64,000 bases of DNA from Octopus vulgaris (GCA_951406725.2 OX597825.1:55862001-55926000), one strand, 5' to 3'; shown: positions 41,252 through 56,200, counted from the stretch's first letter. Notes: a model not told the origin generated them from the sequence alone. Numbers and translations: made by a program.

Positions 41252-41352
41252 TATATGTATGTATGCATATGTATATATATATATATATACCTATGTGTCA
41301 TGGCTGACGGGTTAAAAGCTCGCTTTGCAATCACGTCTTTTATTCTGTAAAA

Positions 41353-41875
41353 GCGCGCAGGACTGGCTGTGTGGTAAGAAGCTTGCTTCCCAACCACATG
41401 GTTCCGGGTTCAGTCCATTGCGTGGCATCTTGGGCAGTTGTCTTTTACTATAACCTCGGGCTAACCAAAGCCTTGTGAGTAGATTTGGCAGACGGAAACT
41501 GAACGGAGGCCGTCGTATAAATATATGAGTAAATGAGTGGAAATTATAAGGCACTAAAAGATAGTGGCTCTCCCCTAAACAACAAAGTATGCTTCAACAC
41601 ACGAACTCATATAAAGAATCTTGCAAACCAAATTCAAAAACGAAATATATATATATGTATGTATTTGTATGTCTGTGCTGTCCTCCCACCATCATCGCTT
41701 GACAAGCGATGATGTGTTTACGTCCCCATAACGTAGCGGTTTCGCAAAAGAGACCGATAGAATAGTTCTAGACTTACAAAGAATAAGTCCTAGAGTCGAT
41801 TTGCTCGACTAAAGACGGCGTTCCAGCATAGCCGCAGTCAAATGACTGAAACAATTAAATGAATAAAAAAATAAA
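41353..41875 (+). mobile_element. SINE family A with a ~120-bp insert in the central TA tract
   Basis: Full head and full tail present; foreign sequence at ~41527-41645. Confidence 0.88.
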
Positions 41876-41876
41876 G

Positions 41877-41907
<31 letters not shown>

Positions 41908-41937
41908 TGTATGCATGCATGCATGTATGTATGTATG

Positions 41938-41969
<32 letters not shown>

Positions 41970-42066
41970 TATATATATATATACACATACATACATATAT
42001 ATATATATATACACATACATACATATATATATGTGTAAGTATATATATATATATATATATATGTAT

Positions 42067-42113
<47 letters not shown>

Positions 42114-42119
42114 CATACA

Positions 42120-42151
<32 letters not shown>

Positions 42152-42526
42152 CATGTGCATGTGCCAATGTGTGTGCGTGCGTATATATGAATTTGCGTGT
42201 CAGTGTAATTGTGTTCGTATATATGTCCCCACCTGCCAACTTTCGTCGGCCTGATTACTTTATCCTGGCAAATCTTTCATTTTCACCGCACTACTACAAC
42301 CTCATGACCCTTCAGAAGTTATAGAGTTGTTATTGTAGTTGCTTAGACAAAGAACGAAGACATACCAACTGTGGCCATCACGCTTTGTTGAGACATTTGT
42401 GACTACATTATCCATTTTGTTGTATATTTTTCATGTCAATAAAGTGAGTTCTGAAGGATATTTATTTGTCTGATATGATTACTTAGTCCAGCGACAATGT
42501 AGGGATTTACTCACTGTTTCATATAT

Positions 42527-42910
42527 AAAAAGAGCACTCAAAAAGCGCAAACCTCCGTCAAGGCAATACCAACGCCCTCTCAACGATTAGCCGGAGATGA
42601 TTTTGTATAATGAGAATATCAGAAATAAACTCGACTGTTCTTACCAACAAGAATACTAAAAATGAACTCCACCGCTCCCAAAAATAAAGTAAAAAAAAAA
42701 AAAAATTACGGAAAAATAATCCAGAAACCTTGTCCGGTACCAGATCGACCCCAAAATCTAATCAGCTCGTGCCTGTCACGAGGCCAAACATCCTTGAAAG
42801 TTTCATCCGAATCCATCCAGCGGTTCTTGAGATATCTTGTCCACGGACAAACTAACAAGCAAACGCGACCTAAAACAATACTTCAGCCTTCACCAAGGCG
42901 GAGGTAATAA
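42527..42910. mobile_element. Helentron-associated (HINE/DINE-like) non-autonomous element
   Basis: Short subterminal inverted repeats ACCTCCGTC (42551) and GGCGGAGGT (42896-42904); AAAGTTTCATCCGAATCCATCCAGCGGTTCTTGAGATATC...ACAAAC block typical of such elements. Confidence 0.55.
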
Positions 42911-43232
42911 TGTAAAGATTGCAGAATAAGCGACAATATTTTCCACTTTGATGGTGTTGATTTAGTCGGATTTTTAGGTTTTCTGTTCCTGTTGAGAGAG
43001 GTCCGTGACCATGTTTATTTTATGCTATTAATACTCACGAGATTTTTACTTCCATCACATTGAACTTTCGGAAGTTAGTCGCTGAGTTCTTTTCTATTGT
43101 AAATGTTGCTTTCCACTTCACAAACAGCGCTGAGTATAACATCAAATGACGTTACATCTATCTGTGTGAACGTGTGTATACATGTGCACATGCATGTGCC
43201 TTTGTATGCATGTAAATCTATATATATGTACA

Positions 43233-43314
<82 letters not shown>

Positions 43315-43476
43315 TACACATACGCACACATACATATATACACATTTATAAATAAATGTATATGATGAATTACTAGGACAGCTAAGATGAAACGTACAAT
43401 ATATACACACCCACATACACAGACACGTACGCACACGCACACACCCACATACACACTCACATAAATAAATAACTAA

Positions 43477-43509
<33 letters not shown>

Positions 43510-43605
43510 AAGAAAGAAAGAGAGAGATAAATAGATAGATTACATATACATATACATACACACTTATATGTATGTATATATATAATATATATATGTATGT
43601 ATGTG

Positions 43606-43658
<53 letters not shown>

Positions 43659-44269
43659 TTATTTACATACATATATGTATGCATACATCGTTAATTATCT
43701 AATTACCTAATTATTGTATAACAGAAAAATAATTAATTTGGCGAAAGTTATCTCAGTTTTAATTGATTAGGACGCGTATGAGATATGTAAACGAATTTTG
43801 GTAGGTTAAGAAAACCATGTGCTTTCTATTCAACTTTCTGAAAAGTTGAAAGTGTAAAGGTTAAAAGGTGAATTAATAAATCGATTTTCTCTAATAAGGA
43901 TTTAACGCAGCTGATTCTCACTTCCGGTAAATTTTCAAAATGGCCGTCACACACAAAGCCTCTCATCTCACACTATCACTTTTTATTCTAACCTTCTTTC
44001 TCTTCAGCTATTTCTCTCCTTTCCCTTTTTTCTAGTTTCCTCCTCACATCCTCTTGCCTTTCTCATTTGAATTTCATTGAGATATTTTGAAATACTTACT
44101 TTCTGTTCCCGCAATAGCCCTTTTCACCACCTAACCCCCTCCGAACTCTTTTCTTTCCCTACCTATTGCAGAATTTTTTTTTTTTTTTACATAAGTCTCC
44201 CCATTACATAAGTCTCTTGATCATCTCTCGTTGCTCTATCCCTTTATATGCTTTTTCCTTATATATAGA

Positions 44270-44303
<34 letters not shown>

Positions 44304-44347
44304 TACACACACACACATATATATACATACATGCATACACACGCACG

Positions 44348-44416
<69 letters not shown>

Positions 44417-44429
44417 GTTTATTTGCTTA

Positions 44430-44655
44430 TTTGTTTTAGTCATTTGACTGTGGCCATGCTGGAGTACTGCCTTGAAGGATTTTTAGTTTAGCAAATCGAC
44501 CCCAGAATTTATTCTTTAAGTATGCTACTTATTATATCGGTCTTTTTGCCGAACCGCTTGGTTCCGGGCAGGTAAACACATGAACACAGGTAGTCCAGTG
44601 ATGATGGCGATGGGTGGCAAACACAGACACAAAGACACACACAAGCCTAAATTTC

Positions 44656-44733
<78 letters not shown>

Positions 44734-45843
44734 TAGCATTAAAGACCCGTCGTTGCCGGGTCATAGCGCTAGTGCATGTATATATGTATATATATATGCG
44801 TACATATTACATGTACATCTATATATATACATCTACACATAAAATACAAAATACAAAGTTATATCTTGATATCGCTAGTGATAACAATACTCAAAATATA
44901 TAACAGACTGGAATTGTTAGCCCGTCTCTTGTAATTTCGATCAATTGTATCTTGTCCTCCCTCTTGTATAGAAGTGTGGCTACAATCCGACAGCTGCAGC
45001 GAAATTCATTTTTGAACTTTCTTCTATCGAAGACATTTTAACAAAAATACTTCCGTGTAAACGTTGAAAATATTGTCAACTTCCCCAAACAGGGACACAA
45101 TTCAATTTTTAAACAATAACCAAAGCTCCTTCTCCCAAAGGGGGAAGGGTTACGGTTTACAATTATTTAACAAATGCAACACAACAACGCTTCCCTTACG
45201 AGGAACCAACAAACGTGATAACAATGGTTAAACAGAAATAATAATAACAACAAACCTTATGGTAAACCAAAAAGCAGTACTCTGTTGAAGCTATAGGCCT
45301 TTACGAATCAGAAATAAACTAACAACGGTACTCAGTAGAATGCTTAATGCTAGCTAATTAGCAAATAATCTAATGTAAAAGCCGTGCACACCTCTATTCA
45401 TTTCTGCACTTAAATTTTATTTTTTATTTATTCCCATTCATGTGAAACCACTGATTCAAGTTCAAGTCATTGATGCAGTTTTATACCAATTGCTATTTTT
45501 ACTCTTGTTATGTTACGATAATATTATACTTTAGTTTGATTTTAATTAATACTTACTACATATAATTCAATTGTTATTATTATTTTTATTGTTAAAGTGA
45601 AAGTATCTGACATAAAATAGAGAAATGTTTTTGTTTTACTTTTAACACGTAATACTAAAATAGTGGAGAAGATATGACATTGCTATGGGCTCGCTCTAGG
45701 CAAGAAGTTGAACATATTTTTCCCATGAAACTACATGGACCCTAAGTAAGGCATGTGTAAAATTTGAATGAAATTGGTTGTGTAGTTCTCAAGTTTTAAG
45801 GAAACACACAGACAGACAGACACACAGACACACATTCTCAAAG

Positions 45844-45874
<31 letters not shown>

Positions 45875-46032
45875 TATAACGGTCTTCTCTCAGTTTCTGT
45901 CTTCCAAATCCACTCACAAGGCTTTTGTTGGCCCTAGACTACAGTAGAAGACACTTGCCCAAGCTACCACGTAGTGAAACTGAACCATGTAGTTGGGAAG
46001 CAAGCTTCTTCCCCACAGCCTCGCTTGCACCA
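44430..46032 (-). mobile_element. SINE family A split by a Helitron (3' half 44430-44642, 5' half 45878-46032)
   Basis: The two halves are colinear and in the same orientation on either side of TA tracts. Confidence 0.75.
44733..45844 (-). mobile_element. Non-autonomous Helitron, second copy
   Basis: Reverse strand: A|TC start, (GTCT)n, hairpin GACCCGGCAACGACGGGTC, CTAG|T end; homologous to both ends of 14293-17157. Confidence 0.85.
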
Positions 46033-46506
46033 ATGTATATATACATATATATTAGAGAGAGAGAGAGAGACAGAGAGGATGGGGAGTGAGAGAGAAGGAG
46101 AGAGAGGGAGAGGGGAGTAAGAGGGAGAGAGAGTGGGTGAGCAGGTGACAAAGAGAAGATAGGTGCATGGCGTTACATAAAACGATAAGTTTCAAGAATT
46201 GAACAGAAGCCTGACAAAGAACGAACGGAAAATTCGCACAAAAGACATGCTCTTTCCTCGTCATTCATCCTCCCAAAAAATCATTAGAGTTTCACGCCTT
46301 TAACGATAATATTTTTCATTTTTCGTGGCGTCAACAGAGAACGCTGCTGGGAATATTGAGCGAACGTTGATGACAGTAATGAAAACAAATACGAATTCGA
46401 CACTGAAATGAATGTAAATATACAAACAAAATGGATTATACGTTATTCAAACAAATTAGATGCCGCGGGGTTAGGAGACAATACAAGACATAAGCATATA
46501 TACATA

Positions 46507-46817
<311 letters not shown>

Positions 46818-47595
46818 TATACATGATATATTAAATGCCCAAATTGCGAGGAACTAGATATTGGCGAGGCAGGGAATGAATTACCGGAACGCTCACGAAT
46901 CCGCAGACAGCAAATCCGGAACACTCGTTTTCGCCAAATTCCATTGAGCGAACATACAGAAACATGTGGTCAGAAAATATTTCTAATTTTTCCTTTCCAC
47001 AAACTGTATAACACAAGTAAGGTTGGAGGAAAGAAAAAAGAAAAAAACGGTTTATTAAAATGTTCGAACTTGTTCTGAACGGGAATAACCATTTAAAGAT
47101 GTGGATTAAAAAATATCTGTAACATATAAATATGAACAAATTAAAGAAGACTCCCACCAATTGAAATAAAAACGATCGAAACCAACTAAGTTTGCTCTTT
47201 CATAAAACCACATGTATACTGCAAACTGAATGGTTAAAATAAAGGCGAGATCTATGCCAGTAATATCGGTACGCCCGGCAAACCGTGATGTTTAAGTTGC
47301 ATGCCGATTGGTCAAAACCGTATTCCAAAACTTCAGCTTGTTGGAGCTATCTACTGCAGTTGTCAAGAACTCAACTGTCAGGTAAATACATTTTGAATTT
47401 TGATGATTACCATGAACGTATGAAAACGCTAATTGATGTTTACGAACATTGCAAAATATGTTTTTATGTTTAACACACTAAAATTGTTAAATAATTTATT
47501 TTTTTTAAATAATACCATTAAAAAAACGTGAAAACCAGACCTTATTTTAACTTTATTCAACTGATGTATATATAAATGTATATATATATACACAT

Positions 47596-47995
47596 ACTCT
47601 TTTACTCTTTTACTTGTTTCAGTCATTTGACTGCAGCCATGCTGGAGCACCGCCTTTAGTCGAGCAAATCGACCCCAGGACTTATTCTTTGTAAGCCTAG
47701 TACTTATTCTATCGGCGTCTTTTGCCGAACCGCTAAGTTACGGGACATAAACAGACCAGCATTGGTTGTCAAGCGATGTTGGGGGGGGGGGAAACACAGA
47801 CACACAAACATATACACACACATACATATATACGACTGGCTTCTTTCAGTTTCCGTCTACCAAATCCACTCACAAAGCTTTGGTCAGTCCGAGGCTATAG
47901 TAGAAGACACTTGCCCAAGGTGCCACGCAGTGGGACTGAACCCAGAACCATGTGATTAATAAGCAAGCTACTTACCACACAGCCACTCCTGCGCC
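47596..47995 (-). mobile_element. SINE family A, full-length reference copy
   Basis: Reverse strand GGCGCAGGAGTGGCTGTGTGG (A box), GGGTTCAGTCCC (B box), CCTTGGGCAAGTG (CORE-like start), central microsatellite, (GTAAAAGA)n tail. Confidence 0.93.
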
Positions 47996-48006
47996 TGGTG
48001 TGTGAC

Positions 48007-48120
48007 GCTTACACAACCTAGGTTTCCAAAGCGGTCACCCATCTAAGTACTAACTAGGCTCGACGTTGCTTAACTTCGGTAATCGGACGAGAACCGGTGC
48101 TTTCAATGTGATATGGCCAT
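48007..48120 (-). rRNA. 5S rRNA copy, probably a pseudogene
   Basis: Reverse strand ATGGCCATATCACATTGAAAGCACCGGTTCTCGTCCGATTACCGAAGTTAAGCAACGTCGAGCCTAGTTAGTACTTAGATGGGTGACCGC matches metazoan 5S (box A AGTTAAGC, box C GATGGGTGACCG). The first ~4 nt are missing, there are CpG-decay changes and no oligo-T terminator. Confidence 0.92.
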
Positions 48121-48137
48121 ATATATATATATATATA

Positions 48138-48228
<91 letters not shown>

Positions 48229-48239
48229 GAGAAATGTAA

Positions 48240-48510
48240 AGGCGCATTGCTCTGTCGTTTGAGTGTTGTACTCACGATCGCAAGATCAAGGTTTCGATTC
48301 TCAGAACACCTCTACGTTGTGTTTTTTGGCAAACATTTTACATTGCTCCAGTTCACTCTTCTGTAATGGCTAACCCTGCGATGCATTGACTTCTCGCTGA
48401 GTGGGAGCGTTGCCCTGTCCACTAAGCAAGTGGAGTGGCATTATTAGAGAGCTGTAACAATAGAAGGAAGCGCATTGTGAACAGCAGTGTACAATAACTA
48501 ATAGTCTGAT
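48240..48510 (+). mobile_element. Degenerate tRNA-derived SINE
   Basis: GGTTTCGATTCTC B box; ACATTGCTCCAGTTCACTC and ACCCTGCGATG blocks. Confidence 0.5.
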
Positions 48511-48543
48511 TGATCTCTATGCCCCCTCTCTCTCTACCTTGAT

Positions 48544-48636
<93 letters not shown>

Positions 48637-50041
48637 TATTTAGTTCTCTCTCCGTATCCCCTTCGCAGTCCCTGTTTATCTATGTTTCTTTATGTCTGTT
48701 CTGTTTAAGTTCAGTGTTAAACATTAACTTCAAATCAGTTCACAATCATTTTCTAAATCGTGTCCTTTGTTTTTCTCTGCTATAAAACTCTTCGATACAG
48801 TATGGGCTTTTGTCAGTGCATGAACGTTACACAGTCTTATTTGTACTTCCTTACGAATACATAACTGCGCCTCTCCACATATCTTTTCCCGCACAGGATC
48901 GGTGATACAGACTCCAATTAAAATACATTTGTTTTTATAGTTCTCTCTATTTCCTCTTTCCTTACATTTAATATTCTCCCTCAAAGCAAAGGCCTTGGAC
49001 AGTCCATGTGGACAATCCTTGCTGAAACTACATCACAGCAGAAGACAAATTCGGCGGTAGAGCTCTCCAAGTCCTTCTCTTGTCGAAACTGAGCTTAAAT
49101 AAATAAAAGAGTAAATACGATATTCATTTAACTATTTCCTTTTTCATAGCTTAAATAAGCTTCATTTATAAATTAACTAACGATAAAATAACAACCCAGC
49201 TATGACCTTAAAAAACATAAGTAACAGACAAAGAAAATGATGATGTCTAACTTATACAAAAATCCCATAGCTTTGGTTTAAGGTGTACATCAAAATTGAA
49301 TGAACCACGCCTTAGAATTTGAATGTTTTTCTACCCTTGGATTAATGAAAAGTAAAGTGTCTATGCCAAGATATGAACACGAACAAATAAAAGGAAGAAA
49401 ATGTAAATGTTTGTCGTTTTGTTATTGACTGTAGATATATCGTCTGCTCTCTCCATTTTTACTTTTACAGTGTACGCTGTGTCGTCTGCTCAATGCAGGT
49501 CGTTGCCTTTCATTTTCTATCTCTCATTTTAACATTTCACACCACACCCACCACCAGCTACTTTTTACATTTCCTCTTTTTTCTTTTCTCCCAACCTTCT
49601 TCCTTTCCTGTTCCGCCCACACAAGATCAGACACACACATTCGCATACGCACAAACACACACATAGAGACACATACGATTACGCACAAATATAAACACGT
49701 TTTAGATTGCATCTTCTAAACAACCTTCTTTCCAGTCTTTCATTTCGCTCTCCCTACCTCTCTCACTGCCTCTTTCTTTTCCAAACTCTCTTCATCTCTA
49801 GCTGTTTGTCTGCCAGTCTCTCTCTCTCTTTCTCTCTCTCTCTTTCTCTCTCTCCCTCTCTCTCTCTTTCTCTCTCTCTTCTCGCTTTCTTTCTTTCTCT
49901 CTCTCTCTCTCTCTCTCCCTCTCTCTTTCACTTTCTCTCTTTGAATTTACCCTCGCATTCGGTGAAAATATATATATACGTATGTATGTATGTATGTATG
50001 TATGTATGTATGTATGTATGTATGTATGTATGTATGTACGC

Positions 50042-50078
<37 letters not shown>

Positions 50079-50254
50079 CACACATCTATATCTACATAAA
50101 CATATAAAAATATGTATGTATGTATACAGACACAAATCCCTCATACATGTACATAAGTATAAATATATTAAAATGTGTGTTAGTGCTCACGCGCGTATGT
50201 GTGTCTAGGTTTGTATTTACATATGTATGTTATGTATGTATGTATGTATGTATG

Positions 50255-50309
<55 letters not shown>

Positions 50310-50347
50310 GTGCGCACGTACAAAGACACATACGCTGATAGGTTCGA

Positions 50348-50387
<40 letters not shown>

Positions 50388-50828
50388 ATATATTTATATA
50401 TACACACACACACGCACGCACAAACACACCCACCCACACTACACACACACACACACACACGCATATGTATGTCTTGACGGTTATTTATCACATACCTATC
50501 GGAAATATCTATGCTTGTGGGTGGTCCGTCTGTGCATAGATGTGAATCTACGTTTGCCAGGACGGTGTTGGAATTTGTTTAAAAGCAGGTGCCTCTTCCG
50601 GAGTGTACGGCTGTGTATATATTATATATAGAGTTATAACTGATTTCCATCCCTAGAAACGTGTTTCAATAGCTTCCTATCAAACATTTTTACTACGCAT
50701 CTATATTATAGTTACTAAATCATGTGTGTGTGTGTATACGTGTGTGTGTGTGTATACGTGTGTGTGTATACGTGTGTGTGTAAATATATCTGCATATATA
50801 TACGTAAATGCACACATCCACCTAATTA

Positions 50829-51736
<908 letters not shown>

Positions 51737-51782
51737 TATATACATATACGTACATATATACATACGTACATATATATATGTT

Positions 51783-51817
<35 letters not shown>

Positions 51818-51825
51818 ATTTTATA

Positions 51826-52039
51826 TACTCTTTTACTTGTTTCAGTCATTTTACTGTGGCCATGCTGGAGCACCACCTTTAGTCGAGCAAATCGACCCCA
51901 GGACTTATTCTTTGTAAGCCTAGTACATATTATATCGGTGTCTTTTGCCGAACCGCTACGTTACAGGGACATAAACACACCAGCATCCGGTTGTCAAGCG
52001 ATGTTGGGGGGAATAACACAGACACACAAATACACACAA

Positions 52040-52088
<49 letters not shown>

Positions 52089-52254
52089 TATATATACATA
52101 TATACGACGGTCTTCTTTATTTCCGTCTGCCAAATCCACTCACAAGTCTTTGGTCGGCTCGAGGCTATAGGAAAAACACTTGCCTAAGGTGCCACGCAGT
52201 GGGACTGAACCCGGAACCATGTGAATTTTAAGCAAGCTACTTACCACACAGCCA
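51826..52254 (-). mobile_element. SINE family A
   Basis: Near full-length match to 47596-47995. Confidence 0.9.
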
Positions 52255-52928
52255 TATACAACATACATTATATATATATATATATACATGTATATACATG
52301 TCTGTATATATACCTCGCTCAGACATTTATTGTATATTTACATATGTATATATGTATGTATGCATGTATGAATATATATGAGCTGAAAATAAAAAGAGAA
52401 TAAGAGACACAAATACTTTAACACGATCAGTTATACATTTGGATTATAGTTTACTGTATTGTTCCACCCATACAACGGTTTTGCCGTTTTGAAACCAGGA
52501 TTTTCTACACCTGACGAATTTCTGTATTTGTCTGGAATCCGACCCCATACCTTAACAGGGTATGTGTGTGTGTATGAGTGTGTGTGTGCTCGCTCTCGTG
52601 GATGCGTCTGTGTGTGAGTATTTTTAAATCAATTATTGTATTTATCGTTTCATTAACGTACACGTCATTGTAACTAGCTATTAATTTATGCACTCTTCTC
52701 TTTCTAATCTCTCCCATCTCTTGTCTTCCTTACTCCATCTGTCTATTTCTCTTTCTCTCTCTCTCGCTCTACATACGTACACACTCACACAGACATACAC
52801 ACACACATATATAAGGATATATGTGTGTGTGTGTATGTGTCTGTCTGTATGTATACATACATACGCATACATACACGCATGTACATATAAATCAATCTCT
52901 CTCCAGATAGATAGATTGATAGATAGAC

Positions 52929-52961
<33 letters not shown>

Positions 52962-52962
52962 T

Positions 52963-53016
<54 letters not shown>

Positions 53017-53294
53017 CGATAGATATTATGCAGGTAGTCAGGATAAATACCAGCTCTTTTGTCATGAAGTACATCTGCCAATTGCATTATTGCAATCCAG
53101 TATGTAATCTCAGCTGCTGGTGTATTTTAGTCAAAATACATATTAAAATTAAGAATCATGGAAATAATTCTTAATTGTACAATAAAGCAGGAAAGTTTTT
53201 GGTATCATTTATTCACCATTACACGTGTTTCGTTTGCTAATAGGAATTACAAATTTTACGTGTTAGCTAGACATGTAAGGAATTTCTTATAACA

Positions 53295-53970
53295 TTTTTA
53301 CTTGTTTCAGTCAATTTGACTGCGGCCATGCTGGATCACAACATTGAAGTGTTTTAGTCGAATACATTGACCCCAGGATTTATTTTTGAAGCCTAGTACT
53401 TATTCTATCGGTCTCTTTTGCCGAACCACTAAATTACGAGGACGGAAACACACCAACACAAGTTGTGAAGCGGTGGTGGCGGACAAATAAAGACACAAAG
53501 ACATGCACACAAACGCACACATGCACACACATACACACATATATAGATATATATACGACTGGGTTCTTTCAGTTTCTGCTTCTGATATCCACTCACAAGG
53601 CTCTGGTCGACTCGAGGCTGTAGCAGAAGACACTTGCCCAAAGTGTCACGCAGTAAGACTGAACCTGGAACCACGTGATAGGAATAAAGCTTCTTATTTC
53701 TTTACTGCTCATAAGGGGCTACACACAGAGGGGACAAACAAGGACAGACAAACGGATTAAGTCGATTATATCGAACCCAGTGCGTAACTGGTACTTATTT
53801 AATCGACTCCGAAAGGATGAAAGGCAAAGTCGACCTCGGCGGAATTTTAACTCAGAACGTAACGGCAGACGAAATACCACTAAGCATTTCGCCCGGCGTG
53901 CTTACGTTTCTGCTAGTTCGCCGCTGTGTGGTAAGAATCAAACTTCTTACCACACAGCGACACCTGCACC
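53295..53970 (-). mobile_element. SINE family A with a nested SINE-B (53691-53923)
   Basis: SINE-A body at 53295-53690 and head at 53941-53970 are interrupted by a near-complete SINE-B. Confidence 0.88.
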
Positions 53971-54007
53971 CATTAGAAATTTTTGAGACAAAAAAATTGT
54001 ACAATAC

Positions 54008-54065
<58 letters not shown>

Positions 54066-54078
54066 TATATATATATAT

Positions 54079-54148
<70 letters not shown>

Positions 54149-54539
54149 GGATAGATTTATAGATAGATAGATTCCTTGTAAAAGAATACGTATAATTTCT
54201 TGCTGTTATAATCGTTTAGACATCGGTCTGTGGACTAACTTGGTACCGTAATGCTCTATGATGTGCATTCGATTATATGACTCTCCTCACCTGCTAACAC
54301 ATATATTTCAGAGACTGGTAATTATTTTATAAATCGCACAAGCATGAATGCAGAATGGATTTTGAGCAGAGACCGTAAACATATGCACCGAGATACCACT
54401 TGGTATTTTGTTCAACGTTCTACTGATTTTCTCAAAGATCTCTCTTGAATTCCGTGATCGGCCATTGATATTTTGAATAATAATTGAAGCCTCGACAGTG
54501 TGTCTATTGACTAAATTTGACAAAAAATTCAACTAATTA

Positions 54540-55160
54540 ACATTGGTTTAGAACTTTGGTGCAAAGCCACCAATTTCGGAGTGGGGGTAAGTTGATTACA
54601 TCAACTCCAGTGCAAAACTGATATTTATTTTATTGACCTCGAATAGATGAAAGGCAAAGTCGACTTCGGTGGAATTCGCATTGAGAATGTAAAGACGTTC
54701 GAAATACCGCTAAGCATTTTGCCCGGCGTGCTAACGATTCTTATTTGTTTATTGCCCACAGGGGGCTAAAGATAGAGGGGACAAACAAAGACAGACAAAG
54801 GGATTAAGTCGATTACATCGATCCCAGTGCGTAACTGGTACTTAATTTATCGACCCCGAAAGGAGGAAAGGCAAAGTCGACATCGGCGGAATTTTGAACT
54901 CAGAACGTAGCGACAGGTGAAATACTTATTTCTTTACTACCCACAAGGGGCTAAACACAGAGAGGACAAACAAGGACAGACAAACGGTTTAAGTCGATTA
55001 TATCGATCCCAGTGCGTAAATGGTACTTATTTAATCGACCCCGAAAGGATAAAAGGCAAAGTCGACCTCGGCAGAATTTGAACTCAAAACGTAGCGGCAG
55101 ACGAAATACTTCTAAGCATTTCGCCCGGCGTGCTAACGTTTCTGCCAGCTCGCCGCCTTC
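54540..55160 (-). mobile_element. Cluster of three head-to-tail SINE-B copies
   Basis: AAAGGCAAAGTCGAC recurs at ~54650, 54868 and 55052; tails at ~54543, 54740 and 54926. Confidence 0.9.
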
Positions 55161-55374
55161 CCAACTAATTTATATTGATGTAGAATATTGATGCATATAA
55201 TAAATATACATTGTTGCTTAAAACTAGGTGTTGTGCATTCATAGACAAATGCCGATATCACTGCTTGTCTTTCAAACTAAGTCTTTCAAAGGCGTTTGGC
55301 TGTGCTCAAAAGTATTAAAGATTTGACGATCCAATATTTTTATACATCAAGAAACTGATTCCACATCGCTACAC

Positions 55375-55600
55375 TTCTTTACTCTTTTGCTTGTTTCAGT
55401 CATGTGACTGTGACCATACTGGAGCACCGCCTTTAGTCGAGCAAATCGACCCCAGGACTTATTCTTTGTAAGCTTAGTACTTACTCTCTCGGACTCTTTT
55501 GCCAAACCACTAAGTTACGGAACATAAACGCGCCAGCATCGGTTGTCAATCAATGTTTGGGAGACAAACACAGACACACAAACATATACACACACATACA
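55375..55600 (-). mobile_element. SINE family A, 3' half
   Basis: GGAGCACCGCCTTTAGTCGAGCAAATCGACCCCAGGACTTATTC. Confidence 0.88.
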
Positions 55601-55603
55601 AAT

Positions 55604-55610
55604 ATTATTA

Positions 55611-55675
<65 letters not shown>

Positions 55676-55925
55676 GAGTGAGAGACAGATGCATGCCATC
55701 AAAGTGACACTGAGCTAAAATATACAAAGCCCAATAAACCCATCATATATTCGCGACATGGTGATCTCATATCAAGATAAACAGCGCATGACATTTCAGG
55801 TGGAACCCAGTTAGAATTTTCTTCAGGTCGAGTAGTCCATCCTGCTCAAAAGGTCCCTGAATAAGGGTTGTTTAAGGACGTTGAACGAAACACCGAAGTT
55901 TCCAATTATGAATAATTCAAACACC
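55604..55925 (-). mobile_element. Retroposon 3' end with (AAT)n tail, family not assigned
   Basis: Non-repetitive-looking body ending ...CTCTCACTC directly before a long (AAT)n on the reverse strand. Confidence 0.4.
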
Positions 55926-56200
55926 CAACGCTCCAATCACATGGTATCACTTTTACATTACCCTCTCGCATTCCATACAGTCTTGCCATGTCCACTTTCA
56001 TTTCAGAGTACTTGGTGATTTTTCAACCTCTTTACTCACAACATTCATCTCATTTGGTATGGCTGCATCAATGATCTGACAATATTTGCTTCTCTTATTC
56101 AATATCACAATATCTGGCCAATGGAGTTCAATTACACGATCCGTCTGAAAATCATTGTCTCAGAGTATCGCCACTTTTCTATCTGGTACTGCATCAGGGC

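Noticed and set aside
43915-43950. ETS-like ACTTCCGG next to YY1-like AAAATGGC
   Set aside because: Short motifs expected by chance; no linked transcript or CpG island.
48007-48120. Functional 5S rDNA unit
   Set aside because: Single copy, 5' end eroded into (TA)n, decay substitutions, no oligo-T terminator.
49450-49505. Possible micro-exon after TTTTACAG
   Set aside because: The downstream donor GTCGTT is poor and there is no coding support.
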